Source: Selaginella moellendorffii (lineage: Eukaryota > Plantae > Lycopodiophyta). Taken from it: a stretch of 64,000 nucleotides of DNA. The notes beneath the pieces are model-generated. The model did no database searches, had not been told where the DNA came from, and saw nothing but the letters and a program-made list of their open reading frames with translations. This document shows, one piece after another, positions 38,029 through 50,889 of the stretch (the first letter of the stretch is position 1; every line of letters begins with the position of its first letter). The stretch is from the NCBI RefSeq assembly GCF_000143415.4, contig NW_003314267.1:2707839-2771838 (forward strand), read 5' to 3'. The position numbers were made by a program, and so were the translations under genes.

Positions 38029-40483
38029 ATGAGCACTCCTCTCACCGTCTCCGCGCCGCTGTGTAGCTGGCTGCTCGCGGCATGCTACACAAGAACAATG
38101 GCGGGGATCTCTGGAATGGAGCAGCAGCCGGGCGCCAATGCAGGCTTGACAGGCAGGGTGAGCAGTAGCAGGAGATCCGGAAGGCGGAGCGCCAGATCTC
38201 GCAGCGCCGCCATGCTGCACCAGCGGATTGTGGCAGCGGCGGGGACCATGGGGAGCAGCATGGTCGCGTGCCTCTCTTTCGAGGCTTGCCCTCACTATCG
38301 CAATGCCAAGTGGTCATCGTTCTTGTGGGAGGAAGAAGCGCGGATTCTTGGCTCCCCTCAGCGAAAGAGGGCAAGCAAGACGAGATGCGCCGCTGCGATC
38401 ACAGGTAGAATTGGTGTTCTTCGATTCCTTCTAGCTCTTCTTTTGCTGGGGCATGCAGCGCTTGCATGCGGATGCATGCATAGGAATCTTCTCTTTTTTT
38501 CGTGTTTTTTTTTCTTAGCCGGATTCTTCTCTGTTTTCTAGATCGGCTCGTGGCTCCCGAAAAGGATGCGGGCGAGGAGAGTAGGAGCAGCACCTCCGTT
38601 CGAGACAGAAGGGTTGTGATCACAGGAATGGGTCTTGTTTCCTCTCTTGGTAATGATCCAGATACCTTCTACGACAACCTGCTTGAAGGAAACAGCGGGA
38701 TCTCGGAGATCCAAAACTTCGACTGCCAGGAGTTTCCCACGGTAGGCAGACACTTCCGGAGACTTTGTCAATTAAGAGTTTCTTCGTTTTCTTTCTTTGC
38801 AGCGGATTGCTGGAGAGATCAAGGACTTCTCCGCTGATGGCTGGGTTGCTCCAAAGTTTTCGAGACGCATGGACAAGTTCATGCTTTACCTCCTTACCGC
38901 TGGCAAAAAAGCGGTGGCCAATGCTGGAATCGCTGGCGATGGCTCAGTGGAGCTTGACAAGAGCAAGTGTGGAGTTCTCATGGGGTCCGCCATGGGAGGC
39001 ATGCAGGTACATCCCTCACATATTCCTGCCTTTGGATGCATTTGTTTGTTTGGAGTTGATGGATATCCGAAAATTCCAGGTCTTTAACGATGCCATCGAA
39101 GCTTTGAGGGTCTCGTACCGCAAGATGAACCCGTTTTGTGTCCCATTTGCTACGACTAACATGGGGTCAGCAATGCTGGCCATGGATCTGGTAACTTTGA
39201 CGTTGCGTCGTTGACTAATGTGGCTTTTGAAAACCGCACAGGGATGGATGGGTCCAAACTATGCAATCTCGACGGCGTGTGCTACCAGCAATTCGTGTAT
39301 ATTAAGTGCTGCAAACCACATCATTCGAGGGGAAGCGGTAAGCACCTCTGGCGTTGAAGTTTGTCGCTCGTCTGCTTATGTTTTCTTTACTCAGGACGTC
39401 ATGGTCTCCGGCGGGTCGGATGCGGCGATCATTCCAATTGGTATTACGTGCGCTGAATTGTGCTGATGTCTTGACACCTTTCTCAGGTCTTGGAGGATTT
39501 GTCGCTTGCAGAGCACTGTCACAGCGAAATGACGATCCCAGTAAAGCGTCACGTCCCTGGGATCGGGTAACTTTCTCTCTCTGTCTCGTGTAGGACACTT
39601 ATCTGAGTTTCATTGTCCAGGATCGGGATGGCTTTGTTCTTGGAGAAGGTGCAGGCGCCCTTGTTCTGGAGGAACTGGAGCATGCAAAGGTTGGTGACAA
39701 TGCAAAGCCTCTTTCCAGAACATGATTGGAGTTTTCCCAGAGACGAGGAGCAGAAATCTATGCTGAATTTCTCGGCGGAAGCCTTACATGTGATGCGTAT
39801 CATGTGACTGCAGCTCATCCGGAAGGTAAATTCAAAGGTTCGTGGAAAGAAAAGAGTGACATTTTTCTTCCTGTCTTTAGGCACTGGAATGCTTCTTTGC
39901 ATTGAAAAGGCGCTGGACCAATCCGGCGTGAGACGGGACGATGTCAACTATGTTAATGCTCATGCCGCGTCGACAAGGTCTGGAGATGTTCAAGAGTACA
40001 AAGCCATAATGCAGTCCCTTGGCGACAACACTGAGGTATTTATTTGAAGGACTCATCTGGACGTGTCATGAGATCTTGCGGTTGCAGTTGAGAGTCAATT
40101 CAACGAAATCGATGATGGGTCACCTTTTAGGAGCTGCAGGAGCGGTAGATGCCATAGCCACTATCCAGGTACTCTTTTCAAAAGCAGTGTGTTGCGTATT
40201 CCTTCTGACACGCAACCGCAATGCAGGCTATCAAAACAGGTTGGCTGCATCCCACCATAAACATCGAGAATCCGGAGAAAGATGTGGTGCGTTTTCGTCC
40301 GTCATTTGCTTTCCATGTTTTGTTTGGCCTGAAAGAATTTCGCTGCAGAATATGGACTACATTGTGGGAAGCCAAAAGCAACGATTTGATGTGAAAGTTG
40401 CGCTCTCGAACTCTTTCGGATTTGGGGGACATAACTCGTCAATTTTGTTTGCCCCGTATCAGGATGAAAGGTCTGATAACTAG
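38029..40483 (+). CDS. KASII: 3-ketoacyl-ACP synthase II, plastid
   Basis: [11 protein letters not shown] transit-peptide motif, [37 protein letters not shown] and [11 protein letters not shown]. Confidence 0.93.
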
Positions 40484-40566
40484 GTAGAACGTGAGCTGTA
40501 CCTTTTTTTCCTGCTTAAAACTTGTTGCTACCCCCTCGGCACAAGGCCATCCTTTTCTCTTGTTTT

Positions 40567-41360
40567 TCAGTCTACTGTCCACCATGGCTTTGTGAGTTCG
40601 ATGCCATTGTCTACCAGAAACGAATGGCAGATGTCCAGTGATGCTCGGCACATATTTTTCGTCTCGCCAAAGGTCCCCTGGAAGCGCAACATTCCCCTCA
40701 AACTGGGTATGACTTGATCTTCATTGCCAGATTCTAACGGCTTGTCATCCGGTTCTTTCGTAGGCAAGCCAACAAAAATCTCAGATGTAGTCTGTAGTGT
40801 TTGATGCCAGCACTCGTCATTTAGAGGTCCCAGAGTTGCGACCACCAAGGTCACTAGTTGTTCCAGGCGGCCCTCGGACAGTCCCAAAGTCCTCAAGTCG
40901 ACGACAACCAGGTTATCCCCACCAATGCTGTCCTGCGACAAAACAACCGGGGGAGTGGCAATGGCGACGACACGAGTGTTACCCGATGGATGAAAATGTA
41001 AGGCCACTGGAGCGCTTGGCAGTACTTGTAGTAAGTGTCGGCCAGGGGCTGCTTGCGAGCTCCAGCCGAGCGCACCAGGTGAGCATTTCTCTTTGCAATC
41101 TCGAATGCCTTCGAAAACATTCAGTAGTTTGTTTCGGCCCCAGGAGGAGACCCGATAGAAGACTCACTTTTCTTTCGGAAGCCGTAAGGATGTGGTGGAC
41201 TGCTCGCCGACCAAGCTTGTTCCTCGTCAACACGATGCGAACTTCATCCGCCAGGCTCCTCGCTGATCTGACTCACAATGCGTTGAGTCACTCCCGTCTG
41301 GACTCAAACCTCACGACTCACCTGGTGCTGTCCAAGCATCGAGCGAGGAAGGCCGCCATG
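40567..41360 (-). other. Unassigned, probably degenerate multi-exon coding sequence
   Basis: Exon-like ORF pieces with GT-AG boundaries and apparent frame changes. No family recognised. Confidence 0.3.
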
Positions 41361-41765
41361 GCCACTTACGTATTTTTCTTTTCTAGTCTATCTATATTCT
41401 CGTGGACAGTCTTTGAAAACGTTTTTGGTTTATAAGCTCTGTTTATCAAAAAGAAGACTAGCTCCTGTTCAAGGTCGCAGATGTAGCTCGTCTTTAATGC
41501 AAGAAATCCAAGCTTAGAGGGCCACCACCCTCGAAAATCATCCCTTTAGACATGGCCACTTAATACTCGTGGACAGTCTTTGGCGCATGGAAAACATTCT
41601 TGGTTGGCTCTATCGAAAAGGTGTTCCATGCATGGGCCGTGAAGGATAAGAGACGTGGCTCAAGACTTGGAAACCTCTATTTCTCTGATGTGAAGGTTGA
41701 GTTGTAGCTCGTCCTCGATGCAAGAAATTCAAAGCTTAGAACACCACCACCCGCGAAAATCATCC
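41358..41765. repeat. Diverged tandem duplication of a ~200 bp unit
   Basis: atggccactta...ctcgtggacagtctttg...tgtagctcgtc...atgcaagaaat...aagcttaga...cgaaaatcatcc occurs at 41358-41543 and again at 41552-41765. Confidence 0.8.
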
Positions 41766-42437
41766 GCCAACCAACCAGTGCAGTGCAGTAGGCCTGCGTT
41801 GAACGATCAGTAGCGATTGAATTATGAGGCGACTCGACTTAGTCGCATTGCAAAGCCATCTACACACGGAGCACGCAATATTCCCGCTTTTTCTTGGATG
41901 GGCGACCATGCGTTAACTCCCCAGTCTATCACTGGCGAAGAACATCTGTTGTGTCTCGTCTTTCTTCCGAATATAAATTATATGCGTGTCGCCATGAGCT
42001 GTGCCCCGAGTCTTTTATCTCCATTGTTTAGTCTAGTGCCTGCCGCTCACATCTCGACAACGCGACGAGCACTAGTAACAAAAAGCTCCTTTTGTTGTCT
42101 CTCGCGTTACCACGTATCCAACAGGAAGAAAGAGATTTGTTCCATCGCCGCCCCTCTTGCTGGTGTTTATGTTCCTGTGAGTGGAAGAAGCATTCTCTCG
42201 CTGCAACCGTCCAAAGGATTTGGATTGGATTGACTGCACCACGTCCGCCACTTCGTTTCATTGCGCCCGGTCCTCCCCTCGACTAGACCGTCTGTTGCTC
42301 CATTTAACTGTACTCACTTGTTCGTTTTCCTCGAAGAATCCCAGCGGTATCGCTGAATATAAAAGAGGTCCCCCCACTTCCAGTTCTCCCAAGACTCAGT
42401 GTCAACTCTCTCTCTCGGACTCTGTCGGCTTAACGAA

Positions 42438-45171
42438 ATGGCTTGCGCTTCCATCTGCTCCCAGCAAGTATCGGCCAAGCTTAGCCGAGACTCGCTCAAT
42501 TCTCCTGCTTGCAGCAGCTCCGCGGCTTTGGCATTCAAGTCCAATGTTTCCGGAAGCATCCGAGAGTTTGGCTCTGCAGCCAAGCTTGCTAAAACTGCTC
42601 CACATTCTCAGGTACTCGTCCCTTTTGCTCATCTGCATCTGCATCTGACTGACGTGATCTTGCTCCCCTTTGAAGCAGAGTACCGTCGTGGTTCGAGCTT
42701 CAGCGCTGTCCGAGGCACCTGAATACTTCTCCGAGAAGCCTCCGACGCCACTGCTGGACACCATCAACTATCCACTTCACATGAAAAACTTGGGAGTTTC
42801 TGTAAGTCGCGATCTGTTTTTCCTGCAGCCAGCTAATGAGATGTCTCTTCCGGCAAGCAGGATCTGGAGCAGCTGGCTGAGGAGCTCCGGAACGAGACCA
42901 TCTTCTCTGTTTCCAAGACTGGCGGTCACTTGGGATCCAGCCTGGGAGTAGTGGAGCTCACTGTCGCGCTCCACCATGTGTTCAACACGCCGGAAGATAA
43001 AATTCTGTGGGATGTCGGCCACCAGGTGCGAATCCGAAAAGTCCCTTCACTATGCAGCAATATCTGACTGACACGCTCGAGTGCGGTGCGGTTGCAGACG
43101 TATCCTCACAAAATTCTCACGGGACGGAGGTCCAGAATGCACACGTTGCGGCAGACCGACGGCATTTGTGGCTTCACCAAGCGTTCTGAAAGCGAATATG
43201 ATCCATTTGGTGCCGGACACAGCTCGACAACGATCTCCGCTGGCCTGGGTAGAGTCAAAACTTCAATTTTAGAAAGATGGAACGAAAACTAATTGGAGAC
43301 CTTTACGCGTTGCAGGAATGGCTGTTGCAAGAGACCTCCAAGGCAAGAAGAACAACGTGATTGCAGTCATTGGAGACGGCGCCATGACGGCCGGACAAGC
43401 ATACGAAGCGATGAACAATGCGGGATACCTGGACACAAACATGATTGTCATTCTTAACGACAACAAGCAAGTCTCCCTACCAACAGCAACTCTGGACGGC
43501 CCGGCTCCACCAGTTGGAGCTCTCAGCAGTGCTCTGAGCAGGCTACAGTCGAGCAAAAAGCTTCGAGAGCTGCGCGAAGTGGCAAAGGTACGAAAATCAG
43601 AATCTAACTTCTAAGAAAACCGCCTACGCCTTACCAGGGAGTTACCAAGCAAATCGGAGGACACATGCACCAGCTTGCTGCCAAGGTCGATGAATATGCT
43701 CGCGGAATGATCAGTGGTACCGGAGCTACTTTCTTTGAAGAACTCGGCCTGTACTACATCGGTCCCGTTGACGGGCACAGGATTGACGATCTTATCACCA
43801 TCCTCAAAGAGGTTAAGGCAGCTGAGACAATTGGACCGGTCCTGATTCACGTTGTCACTGAGAAGGGGCACGGCTATCCTTACGCAGAGAGAGCTGCAGA
43901 CAAGTATCATGGTGAGTTTTGAAGCTAAAGGATTGCATCGATAGAGAACTTACACACAGGAGTTACCCTCCAGGAGTTGTCAAGTTTGATCCTGCAACTG
44001 GCAAGCAGCAAAAAGGAAAGCCAGCAACCAAGGCATACACCACATACTTTGCAGAGTCCCTCGTTGCAGAGGCACAGAAGGACGAGAGCATCGTAGCAAT
44101 CCACGCAGCAATGGGTGGAGGCACGGGCCTCAACATCTTCCAGAAGCAGTTTCCAGAGCGATGCTTTGATGTTGGCATTGCAGAGCAGCATGCAGTAACT
44201 TTTGCCGCTGGACTTGCGAGCGAAGGAATCAAGCCTTTCTGCGCAATTTACTCTTCATTCCTCCAAAGAGGATACGACCAGGTGCGTGCTTACAGACGAG
44301 TTTATGGACCAGCCATCTAACAACTTGGTTTGCAGGTGGTTCACGACGTCGACCTTCAAAAACTCCCAGTCAGATTTGCAATGGACAGGGCAGGACTCGT
44401 TGGAGCAGACGGACCGACACATTGCGGTGCATTTGATGTCACTTACATGGCTTGCCTTCCAAACATGGTGGTCATGGCACCCGCTGACGAAGCCGAACTC
44501 ATGCATATGATTGCTACAGCAGCGGCCATCGACGACAGACCATCGTGCTTCAGATATCCTCGCGGGAACGGTATTGGAGCGTTACTTCCGGCTGGAAACA
44601 AAGGAACACCGGTTGAGGTAAGCCGCATATCCAAGTCGAGAGCATCCAACTGACCCCTGAGGTTTACGCCAGATTGGAAAAGGAAGGATACTGGTTGAAG
44701 GATCCCGCGTTGCTCTCCTGGGCTACGGAACCATGGTACAAAACTGCCTGGGGGCCCGTAACCTGCTTCAAGAACACGGCTTATCTGTCACAGTTGCAGA
44801 CGCCCGATTCTGCAAGCCTCTGGACCAGCAGCTAGTAAGGCAGCTCGCAAAGGAGCACGAAGTTCTCATCACCGTGGAAGAAGGATCGATTGGTGGTTTT
44901 GGATCTCATGTTGTTCACTTCTTAGCGCTCGACGGTCTTTTGGATGGAAAGCTCAAAGTAAGTAACGCTGGCTTCGAAAATTATGGAAAGCTTACGAAGT
45001 GACTCTGTGACTTTGCAGTGGAGGCCTATTGTACTTCCAGACCGTTACATTGACCACGGATCACCTCAGGACCAAATGGCAGAGGCTGGACTCACATCCT
45101 CGCACATTGCTGCCACAGCCTTGAGCATGCTCGGCAAAACAAGAGAAGCTCTGCACCTCAAGTCCAGGTAG
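42438..45171 (+). CDS. DXS: 1-deoxy-D-xylulose-5-phosphate synthase
   Basis: [44 protein letters not shown] and [13 protein letters not shown]. Confidence 0.98.
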
Positions 45172-45473
45172 CCAAATAGTAAAAGATTCTAAATTGAAAT
45201 TCGTAGACAAAACGTTCACCCTGTAAATGTTCGATTGCGGCATGTGAAGAAGAATCAACTTCATAATAAAACTCCGCCAGGAGAATACTTACCAAGTCAC
45301 CGCCATCTTTGAAATTTAACTTGCTCTCTTCAGTGGATTATGTAAGCAGGCTTGCCCACAGCATTTTTCTTTGCCTGTTTGAATAACCTGGTCAAATACT
45401 TCACGCGGAAAAAATGGCAAAAGGAGGACAAAACTTTGTCAATTAAAAACAAAGAGAAGAAGAACCTTTGGCA

Positions 45474-46381
45474 TCAAATAATCTTCTTCTCGGATTTAAT
45501 TGTTTTGTAAGAGTCTACCAGCTCTCTAAATTTTCCTCTCATCTCCTCGACTGTACAAAAGTGAACTCGTCACATTTAATCTACCAAGAAGTTCTTTCTT
45601 ACCTTTGTCGGGGTTCTTGTCTGGATGGAATTGCAAAGCTCGCTCTCGAAAGGCCATCTTGAGACAAACCAACCAAGGTTAGCTTTTAGCGCGTAAAGCA
45701 CTTGTCTCACCTTGATTTCCTCTTCGGAAAATGCTTCGTCTCTGAATCTGGATATATAGAAACGAGTCGTCAATGCGAAAGAACCTCAAGCTAGACATGA
45801 ACTTACGGGTCAAGGCCGAGCACTGCGTAGTGGTGCCGCAGCCTGGATCGTTCTTTAAGCTTGGAAGCAGCTTGCTCTTTAGTTTTGGCCTCATCAACTT
45901 TCTCCTCATTCCGTTGGGGATGCTCTTCCCACTTCTGATATCTAGCCGTGCGGACATTCCTGTAGCTAGACTTCAAACTGTCGTAGGCACCCTGCATTCG
46001 AGCAACACGCTCCTGAAGGAAAAGGTGTAAGAAAGCCCTCACAGAACGAAGGAAAGGCGAGCTTCTTACTCTCCGTTCTAGCTCATCCAAATGACTCTGC
46101 CGGAGATCCGACTCATCCGGTGCGTACCATTTGGCTTCCTTGTAAAAAACCCAGAGACTAGCTGAATAAGAAAGGAAAAACAAAAGCTCCCCGAGCAATA
46201 CCTGGTTAAACGAAGAGGGCCGTCTGAGTCTCCGGAACTTGGTCGCCTGTCAAGAGAACACCAAACGTCGATCGATCAGCCGAGGAATCACATCGCTTAC
46301 AGCAACTCCAGCGACAAGCGCCGCAAGAGCGTAGCTCTTCCATCCGAATCGCGCCTCGCGACTCTTCTGCCTCGTCTCCAT
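45474..46381 (-). CDS. DnaJ-domain protein with N-terminal hydrophobic segment and C-terminal J domain
   Basis: HYAVLGLD, SEEEIK, AFRERALQFHPDKN and KFRELVDSY across short exons. The start codon is inferred. Confidence 0.75.
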
Positions 46382-46440
46382 TTGCCTTGCCTGGCATTTT
46401 AGGGCTAGGGCAAAACCACTTAGATGAAGCAGGAGGTTTT

Positions 46441-46821
46441 ATGCTGCGCGTCACTCCAATGCTCTTCCTGACACATCTTTCATTCTTGCGGCGGATCGGC
46501 TTCTCCCCTTGCCGCGGCGGCGACAACGAGGGCAGGGATTCCGGCGATCGAGCTAGATCATCCAGGAAATCGAGGAACGGTATGGACAATCATCCAAACA
46601 AGGCTGATGGAGATGGGGCTGGATCGAAAGAGGAGCAGCCGCCGCCGGCCAAGAAAGAGGAGGAGGAGGAGGAGGATGAGGAGGATCTTGGGCCGCCTCC
46701 AGAGAAGCCGCTTCCAGGCGATTGCTGCGGGAGTGGCTGCGAGAGGTGCGTATGGGACATTTACTTCGACGAGCTCGAGGACTACAAGCTGCGCAAGGCA
46801 ATGAAGAGCTCCAAAGACTGA
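46441..46821 (+). CDS. Oxidoreductase-like N-terminal domain protein (OXLD1-like), intronless
   Basis: PPPEKPLPGDCCGSGCERCVWDIY motif. Confidence 0.88.
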   Translation: MLRVTPMLFLTHLSFLRRIGFSPCRGGDNEGRDSGDRARSSRKSRNGMDNHPNKADGDGAGSKEEQPPPAKKEEEEEEDEEDLGPPPEKPLPGDCCGSGCERCVWDIYFDELEDYKLRKAMKSSKD

Positions 46822-46861
46822 TTAATTATTATAAAATAAAAAGAGGCGGATATTCTTCGAA

Positions 46862-47608
46862 TCATTCAGTGGCGAGCCCTAGAACCGAGACGCGCGAAGA
46901 ACACCCCTCCGACGAGACGGCTGGGCAATCCACGAATCCGGTGCCGGATCTACTACTGCGTCGACCGGGACGCCACAGCTGCGGCTGCGGGACATGATCC
47001 ACCCGCTGGCGGATCTGGGCGCGGCCGGGATCGTGCCCAACGGGAGCAGCTACGACGCCGACTCGAAGCTCCGCGCGCTGCACACGCGCACGATTCTCGA
47101 GTGCAGCAGCAGCGGGAGCAGGGATTACCCGCAGCGTCGTGGCGAAGTAGTCGTGATCGTCCGCGAAGGCGCAGCTTCCGTGGGCTTGCTGGTATTAGAT
47201 CAGCGCTTGCATGATACTTCCAGATCGATTGGCAACACAGATTGCCGACTTGATGCCCGAGCTTCGCTCGCGGTGGCCCTCTCTCACATGCCCGCAGAGC
47301 AACGGCGACGATTTCTGGGAGCACGAGTGGGAGGCGTTGTATGGCGTGGAGTCGCAGTACTCCGGAAGAGACGTGGCGTTGGACAGACCGTGGAGCGTAA
47401 AATTGGCAGCGAATCCCGGCGGGTAGCAGCACTGGTTGATGCTACAAAAGGCGTTTGGCCACTGCGTCCAAAAAAGAAAAGCTTACGAGGATCTTTGCAG
47501 AATACTTTTGACTTGGCCTGCCTCGAGAACAAGGAGAAACATGTCGAAGCCCTGAATCCCTCGCGCCAGAAACACCATCGCGATCGCCGCTATTGCAGTG
47601 CGGCCCAT
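46862..47608 (-). pseudogene. RNase T2 paralog scrambled by three internal micro-inversions
   Basis: Minus strand: MGRTAIAAIAM...FDMFLLVLE, WPNAFC...FTLHGL, AHGSCAF and GFVDCP...*. Plus strand, interleaved: IADL...FWEHEW, HPLADLGAAGIVPN...ILEC and IYYCVDRDA. Confidence 0.9.
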
Positions 47609-47837
47609 GGCGATGACGATGGATCGAGCTAGCGGTGCGTGTGCGTGTGCATGCACGCATTGACCGCTTCAAGCATTATAGTTTATTCATGGCCAGGTTG
47701 GAAATATTAGTTTTCTCAGGCAGCGAAAGAAATGCTCCCCGAATTGATTTGCTACGTTCATTCATCCCCTTTGCGTGAGCGGGACAAGAAACGGTCCCCT
47801 CTCGCTTCTTTTTATTTCCACTTTCATCGGGTGCTGG

Positions 47838-48661
47838 TCACAAGGTGGCGATCTCATGATCGTGATCACGTTTGATACCTCGGCCAAACGATGGGAATTC
47901 CACCTGCGTGGTGCACTTGCTGTTGGGAAAGACGGGGCAGTCGATGATGGTAGACGCGTCGGAGGCGACGCAAAAGTAGAGCTGGTAGAGCTGCGCTGTC
48001 CGCGACGAATCCCGGTTGCATTCGATCCCGATAGTGTGGCCCAGCCCGTCTTCCAGCGCAAGCTGGATGCTCTGGAGGCTGTAGAGGCGATTGTTTGGGC
48101 GGATTCCAGCGCTGGCCAGGTAGCCGAGGGGATCCACTTGCTCCCGCAGCGCTAGCGATCTCTCAAAGTATTGGTGCTCGTCCCTGAAGGCGCAGGTGCC
48201 GTGCTTCTCCCACTCGTGCTCCCAAAACTCGACGGAGTTGCTGCTGGGACAGTCAAGTGATCCCCATTCCCGGTTCATAGCTCTACGAAGATCCGAGATC
48301 TGATGGACGAAGAGATCTTAGCTTATAGTTACTGCAATCGAGTACTACTGACCTGGGACAGCTCAAAGGGATTGGAGGGGTCGCAGAATTGGGGCCAAGT
48401 TCCATCATCCTTGTTAGGCCACAGGCCGTGTATCGAAAAATCTTCGGCCGGCTTGCCTGTTGTTGGATAGCAGCATGCAGCTTGACCCCGATCACAGTAT
48501 GCTCCTGGCCACTGCGCAGCAACGAATTACTGTCACAGATACTCTGTTTTTAGCATTGGACTTGCCTGGAGAACGAAGTAGAAGAAATCGAATCTCTGCG
48601 CTCCTGCGATGATGAACAAGTTGCTGCAAACTAGCGCGACGACGATCGCACAGAACCCCAT
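47838..48661 (-). CDS. Secreted ribonuclease T2 (S-like RNase, RNS1/RNS3 type)
   Basis: Signal peptide, FDFFYFVLQWPG, FSIHGLWP (CAS I) and FWEHEWEKHGTC (CAS II). Confidence 0.96.
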
Positions 48662-48837
48662 TGCTTTGCGAATCTCTCTGCCCGCCCGCAAGAAATCCCT
48701 TGAAACGGAGAGTCTGGCAACTACACGTTTATGATGGCGAACCACCTTGAATATGCTTCTGGGAGATTCGAACAAGCTTAAAGGTCTTCGGGGTTTTGTT
48801 TCGTACAAGCTTAATGGTTTTAAAGGGCCTTTTGCTT

Positions 48838-48884
48838 ACGTGGCAAAGCCCCATTTGCGGCACGGGATACGCTTTACACGTGGC
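48838..48884 (+). promoter_or_regulatory. Paired G-box/ABRE-like elements upstream of plastocyanin
   Basis: ACGTGGC at 48838-48844 and CACGTGGC at 48877-48884, about 175-220 bp before the PETE ATG. Confidence 0.55.
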
Positions 48885-49058
48885 AGCAAGGCACTGGAGC
48901 ACTCTCTATCCAGTTCGCCTGGCTCCGATTGCGCCACCTGTAACGCCATCCCATTTTATCGACTCCATAGCAGTAGCTAGTAAGCTAGGGAAGAACAAGA
49001 AGAAGTAAGCCAGGGAGGAAGAAGAAGTAACTGGTTTTGCTTGCTTGCTATCAATCAG

Positions 49059-49580
49059 ATGGCGTCGTCGGTTGCAGCATCAAAGCTCGCAGTTCCCACA
49101 TTCGTGGGGCTCAAGGCCGGGGAAGTGGTGAAGCCGAGCATCGCACGCAATGCAAGGCCAGTGCAGCACCAAGCTCCGCTCGTCTGCGTCTCGTCCATGG
49201 AGGGCGTGGCCAAGAGAGCCGGCAAAGTGATGGTGGGAGTGTCAGCGGGGCTTCTCCTGGGGGCATCCTCGGCTCTGGCAGCGTCCGTCACCGTCAAGAT
49301 GGGAGGCGACGATGGCTCCCTCGCCTTCATCCCCAAGAACATCAGCATTGGCGCCGGCGACACCGTCATCTTCGAAAACAACGCTGGCTTCCCGCACAAC
49401 ATTATCTTCGACGAGGACGCGGTTCCCTCGGGTGTCAATGCCGACGCCTTGTCCCACCCCGACCTGTTGAATGCACCGGGTGAGAGCTACAAAGTGACTT
49501 TGCAGACCAAAGGCACCTACGGCTTCTACTGCGAACCCCATCAGGGCGTTGGCATGAGCGGAGATATCAGCGTCAACTAG
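49059..49580 (+). CDS. PETE: Plastocyanin precursor, intronless
   Basis: Bipartite transit peptide ending ALA; copper ligands in NNAGFPHN and [10 protein letters not shown]. Confidence 0.98.
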   Translation: MASSVAASKLAVPTFVGLKAGEVVKPSIARNARPVQHQAPLVCVSSMEGVAKRAGKVMVGVSAGLLLGASSALAASVTVKMGGDDGSLAFIPKNISIGAGDTVIFENNAGFPHNIIFDEDAVPSGVNADALSHPDLLNAPGESYKVTLQTKGTYGFYCEPHQGVGMSGDISVN

Positions 49581-49813
49581 AAGTCCCCGCACTGTTTCTC
49601 ATCCGAGCTCACAGATATGTCCACCTTTTGTATCCTTGAAAGATATTGCGCCTGCGTGCATATTTATAGCTTAGCTATGAATCGATCAATGAAAGCTGAG
49701 AACCAAGCGATTGCTAGGCATACCTTTGTGCCACCTGAAATTGTAACTCAATCATGAAGCTTTTCCCTTTTTTTTTTCTTCTTCTCTTCCTCATGCATTC
49801 ATTTGTTCCTTCC

Positions 49814-50889
49814 TCAGTACGTAGGGCCTTCTGTTGAACACAAAACCATTCAGGAGTTGAGAAGCAACGAGTTGTACGCCTTACCATCATCGCCACCACC
49901 ATCATCAAAGTCGTACTCTTCGTCGTCATCGAACTCCTCGTTCTGGAGATGAACAGTCAGGAAACAAAATGAAAAATTCGGTGGGAGCAACACGCACCTT
50001 CCCATAGTCGTCCTCGAATTCATCCTCGTCATCAAAAGCTATGTCTTGGTCCTCCTCGTTTTCTTCTGCACCTTCCCCTTCCTTGTTCTCGCCAGCTTCC
50101 TTATCGCCTTTCTGGAATATATAACGTTTCTCTGTTCATCCGCAGCAGCGAGATCAACAAACTCCAAACCTGTCCAACTTTCTGCTCCAGGGACGCTAGC
50201 TTGTCCAACCGACCAAGATCTGAAAGAATGGGAGCGTAAACACTGGCCAGGACATGATGACACACTCACCACTCTTGCTGCTCCCCTTCAGATTCCATAT
50301 ACCTTCTTCGTCATTCTCCCTCCTTTTCTTTCTCTCTACCGAAAAACACCAGTGAGCAAGGAATGAAAACGAAAAAGGCTTACGGTTTCCTAGCAACTCT
50401 GCAGGGAAGAACATGGAGCTGAGCTGAAGGTAGAGCGACAAGGACTTTCGCTTGGTCTGAGGGCCAGGCTTGGATCTACTCAAGCAACGCTCGACATCCG
50501 AAGGCACGCTAGCTGGAGAAACAAAGAACTTAGTGTGGTGTAGCAAGCCAAGGATCTCGCTTACAAGTGTCTTTGTCGACAGCCTCGATGTAATAGGCCG
50601 ACTCGTTCCAAAATGTGTGGAGAGTTCTCCTCCGCTCCACAAGGAACGCATTGTTTCCCTGTGTGATATCCGGCCTCTCGGGTAGTGTCTCTACCGCCTA
50701 AAACTAATTTATCAACGTCTTAAACCGCAAGGAAGGCGGACGAACCGGAAAGAGAGGAGGCGGCCCTTCGAGCTTCCTCGCGGTGAGAATCCCGCCTGTC
50801 TCGTCGCGGATGATCGGCCCGGCACGCCCCCCTCCTCCGCGACCCCGCCCACGCCCGCGGCTAAATGCTCCTCGCCCGCGCCCAGACAT
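49814..50889 (-). CDS. RNA polymerase III subunit RPC7/C31-like
   Basis: MSGRGRG...GRGGG, PPPLFP, FFPAEL and an acidic tail ending DDEGPTY. Confidence 0.75.
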
